From assembly GCA_034176765.1 (NCBI GenBank), contig JAXFTN010000141.1, forward strand, positions 1-42,799: a stretch of DNA of 42,799 nucleotides, given 5' to 3'. Source of the stretch: Bacilli bacterium. Its GTDB lineage: Bacteria; Bacillota_I; Bacilli_A; RFN20; CAG-826. This document shows positions 40,691 to 42,799 of the stretch, in pieces. The notes beneath the pieces are model-generated. The model did no database searches, had not been told where the DNA came from, and worked only from the letters and a program-made list of their open reading frames with translations. The translations under genes were made by a program, and so were the position numbers. Position 1 is the first letter of the stretch. Each line of letters starts with the position of its first letter.

Positions 40691-41524
40691 CTAATCTAGA
40701 TATTCTTCTAATGCATAAACCCTTTTAACTGTATGCTTAGCGTGACATCTAACGTGTTCAGCAGCGTGCTTCATACAAAATGAATTATGGTAAAATGCAT
40801 CAAACATTGGAATATCATTTCCTGAATCACCAATAACATATAATTCATTAGGCTCTTTTTTATAATAATTTAGTACCTGTTTAAGACCTTCAGATTTATT
40901 ACAACCAGCAGGTGTTATTTCTAAATATGCTCCAGTAAAAGCTGACTCAACTTCTTTGTAATTTTCTTTTAAGAATTCATGAGCAGCAATTGCTTGTTTT
41001 TTTGCTTTTCTATTTAATCCAAAAAATAACATAAGTTTATAAACTTTGCCATTTAATAATTCATTTTGCTCAGCATTATCATCAACAAATAAATAATCCT
41101 CAGCATAGACTCCTTGAAAGCTATAAGCAACGGTTAATAGAAACTTGAAAAAGCCATGATATTTTCCTGGGTTAATTAATAAAGGGAATTCTTCTGACAT
41201 AATAGTAGATGCACAAACATTAAATTTTTGTCGTAACTTTTCATATATTTCAATAATTCGATCACCAAGACCAATATTTTGAGTAATTTCCCCATTTACC
41301 TTAATAAATGCTCCATTACAATTAACAAAATCTAAAGGTCGACCAACTAACGTCTCTACTTTTTTTCCATATTCATAATTACGACCAGAGACTATAACAA
41401 TATGATCTCCTTTATCTATCCTATCCCTTAAAAATCTTAGATTCTTTTTACTAATCATTTTAATTCTTTTTTTAGGGTAAAATAGTGTGCCATCTAAATC
41501 TGTTGCAATAAGTTTAAAACCCAC
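40691..41524 (-). CDS. Cof-type HAD-IIB phosphatase (GTG start)
   Basis: IATDLDGTLF motif I, VSGRN motif II, IGDSGNDIPMF motif IV. Confidence 0.8.
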   Translation of the reverse strand: MGFKLIATDLDGTLFYPKKRIKMISKKNLRFLRDRIDKGDHIVIVSGRNYEYGKKVETLVGRPLDFVNCNGAFIKVNGEITQNIGLGDRIIEIYEKLRQKFNVCASTIMSEEFPLLINPGKYHGFFKFLLTVAYSFQGVYAEDYLFVDDNAEQNELLNGKVYKLMLFFGLNRKAKKQAIAAHEFLKENYKEVESAFTGAYLEITPAGCNKSEGLKQVLNYYKKEPNELYVIGDSGNDIPMFDAFYHNSFCMKHAAEHVRCHAKHTVKRVYALEEYLD

Positions 41525-41610
41525 TTTTTAATCACCTTTCATTATTATACACCATAACTGTATAAAAAGTAATAACAAGTTAATACTAGATTATATAAAG
41601 GAACTTTATA

Positions 41611-42507
41611 ATGAATCAAACTACTAAATCAATCAACAGAGAATCAACTAAATTGTTTTTATTGAACTATTTTCCCATTTTAATTTTTTTTGCATTATCC
41701 ATAATTATGATAATACTTTTAAATGTAACATCTTTAAAAATTTTCTTGTTTTTTATAATCACAGCTATACTATCAATTTTGACTTGCTTAACAATCTTAA
41801 TAATCAAAAAAAAGAATAAACAAAACAATGAATCGTTTATCAAAAAATATCAAAAAGCAAATCTTTCTAATGTAATACAAATTCTAGATAGTAATCTTAC
41901 ATATTGCGAAGATACTAATACAATTAATGATTTAAACAATTTTCATATATTCAATAACATAAGTAAGATAAATGGAAATTATTATCTTGCTGGTCAGTAT
42001 CTAAAAAATGATATTAAAATGGGTTATGTTTCAATTACTGAAGAATTTAAAAAAATAATACAAGGCAAAAAAAGAAGATTTAAAATTAAATCTTTCTCTG
42101 GCTATTTAATAAATCTCTCTTTAAAAGAAAATCTTGTTAATGGTGACCTATTAATTCTACCTTATGGAGATTTATCAGATGGACTAAAAAACCAATTGTT
42201 TTTAAATTTCAATCTAAAAGAGATGGTGAATAATGAATTTACACTCGATAAATATATTTTTCTTAATAGTAATCTAAATGAAAATAACACAGAATTTTTA
42301 TCAGTTAAAATTAAAAAAGCTTTAATGAAGTTAGCAATGCAATGTGATAATAAAATACGTTTACATATTAATAATAATCGCCTATTAATACTTATTGAAA
42401 ATAACTCATATAAACTTCCTTTAATTAAGTTTATAAACAAAAGAAATACACTAAATTTATTAAATACACATCTTCAGTTATTGAATGTTGTTAATTCATT
42501 CATTTAA
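41611..42507 (+). CDS. Hypothetical membrane protein (two N-terminal TM helices plus soluble domain)
   Basis: Hydrophobic helices LLNYFPILIFFALSIIMIILL and IFLFFIITAILSILTCLTILII, then a ~220-aa Asn/Lys-rich domain. No recognisable motif. Confidence 0.5.
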   Translation: MNQTTKSINRESTKLFLLNYFPILIFFALSIIMIILLNVTSLKIFLFFIITAILSILTCLTILIIKKKNKQNNESFIKKYQKANLSNVIQILDSNLTYCEDTNTINDLNNFHIFNNISKINGNYYLAGQYLKNDIKMGYVSITEEFKKIIQGKKRRFKIKSFSGYLINLSLKENLVNGDLLILPYGDLSDGLKNQLFLNFNLKEMVNNEFTLDKYIFLNSNLNENNTEFLSVKIKKALMKLAMQCDNKIRLHINNNRLLILIENNSYKLPLIKFINKRNTLNLLNTHLQLLNVVNSFI

Positions 42508-42798
42508 TAATTTATTAACAATCAATCTCTTTGCAGAAAGCAACTGTGTATTAATCAATTTCACTTTTACAAATGATTCATTAACAAATATCTCTTTTAT
42601 GACGATATGATTTTCTTTGAATAATTCTTCTATTTCAAGTTTTACTTTACAAGGAAATCGACAAGCAATGTTAATTATGTTTTGATTGATTTTGAATCCA
42701 AATATAGAATTTTCGCACTCTTTATTACTAATTGTCGTCTTAATATTATTATCATCTAAAAAAACAATATTGATTGTTATCTCATATTTTTTAGCATA
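42496..42798 (-). CDS. C-terminal 100 codons of an ORF truncated by the window edge, function unknown
   Basis: The minus-strand frame is open from the window end to TGA at 42498-42496 (...INIACRFPCKVKLEIEELFKENHIVIKEIFVNESFVKVKLINTQLLSAKRLIVNKLLNE). Overlaps the convergent gene end by 12 nt. Confidence 0.4.
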   Translation of the reverse strand, partial: YAKKYEITINIVFLDDNNIKTTISNKECENSIFGFKINQNIINIACRFPCKVKLEIEELFKENHIVIKEIFVNESFVKVKLINTQLLSAKRLIVNKLLNE

Positions 42799-42799
42799 C

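Noticed and set aside
2219-42440. Other short ORFs in the track that lie inside or antisense to the larger genes. These are 2219-2428, 2606-2791, 3615-4004, 6398-6598, 7812-7997, 8186-8410, 9822-10070, 10957-11145, 13046-13231, 14055-14261, 15723-15920, 16740-17063, 19571-19819, 19677-19859, 26676-26867, 31084-31284, 32683-32880, 36840-37043, 36927-37217, 37689-38024, 38424-38804 and 42162-42440.
   Set aside because: All are nested in well-supported genes with recognisable motifs. They lack SD sequences and have the Leu/Ser/Phe/Ile-rich composition expected of off-frame reading in AT-rich DNA.
1-42799. CRISPR arrays, rRNA genes, transposases, integrases, IS-type inverted repeats and prophage structural genes
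   Set aside because: None seen. No regularly spaced direct repeats and no recombinase-like ORFs. In particular, the 52-7254 operon has no flanking mobility gene or obvious direct repeat inside the window, and its composition looks like the surroundings, so I cannot support an island or mobile-element call. Its downstream flank is off-window.

Overview
Visibly AT-rich, gene-dense chromosomal segment of a low-GC Gram-positive (Bacillota-type) genome. It uses the standard code (TAA/TAG/TGA stops), and GGAGG-type Shine-Dalgarno sites precede most genes. I call about 50 protein-coding genes, three stand-alone tRNA-Ser genes (anticodons GCU, CGA, GGA), one probable pseudogene, and a set of sigma-A-like promoters and hairpin terminators. 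Housekeeping content includes ansA, bioY, proS, trpS, def, RNase J, maf, nadK, spx, coaD, rsmD, a phosphohexomutase, an RluD-like pseudouridine synthase and an ArsR/HMA/P1B-ATPase metal-efflux operon. Gene order reproduces the Bacillus subtilis ylbD-ylbJ and yjb neighbourhoods (spx, yjbC-like GNAT, yjbK-like CYTH, nadK, yjbO-like). CotD-, YlbJ- and YlbD-like genes suggest a spore former. The standout is a tightly packed seven-gene minus-strand operon (52-7254). In transcription order it encodes an XRE regulator, an SPFH/Band-7-like protein, a 337-aa coiled-coil protein, a Snf7/ESCRT-III-like protein, a Vps4-like MIT+AAA ATPase, a zinc-ribbon/TIR/helical-repeat membrane protein, and a zinc-ribbon-fused trypsin-like protease. 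I interpret it as a candidate uncharacterised ESCRT-like membrane-remodelling module wired to immune-type effector domains. A second, probably related membrane-stress module lies 6 kb away (12834-16075): two YdjI-like SPFH/zinc-ribbon paralogues flanking a YdjG-like zinc-ribbon protein. All assignments rest on motif recognition by eye; no database or structure search was possible, so novelty cannot be verified here.
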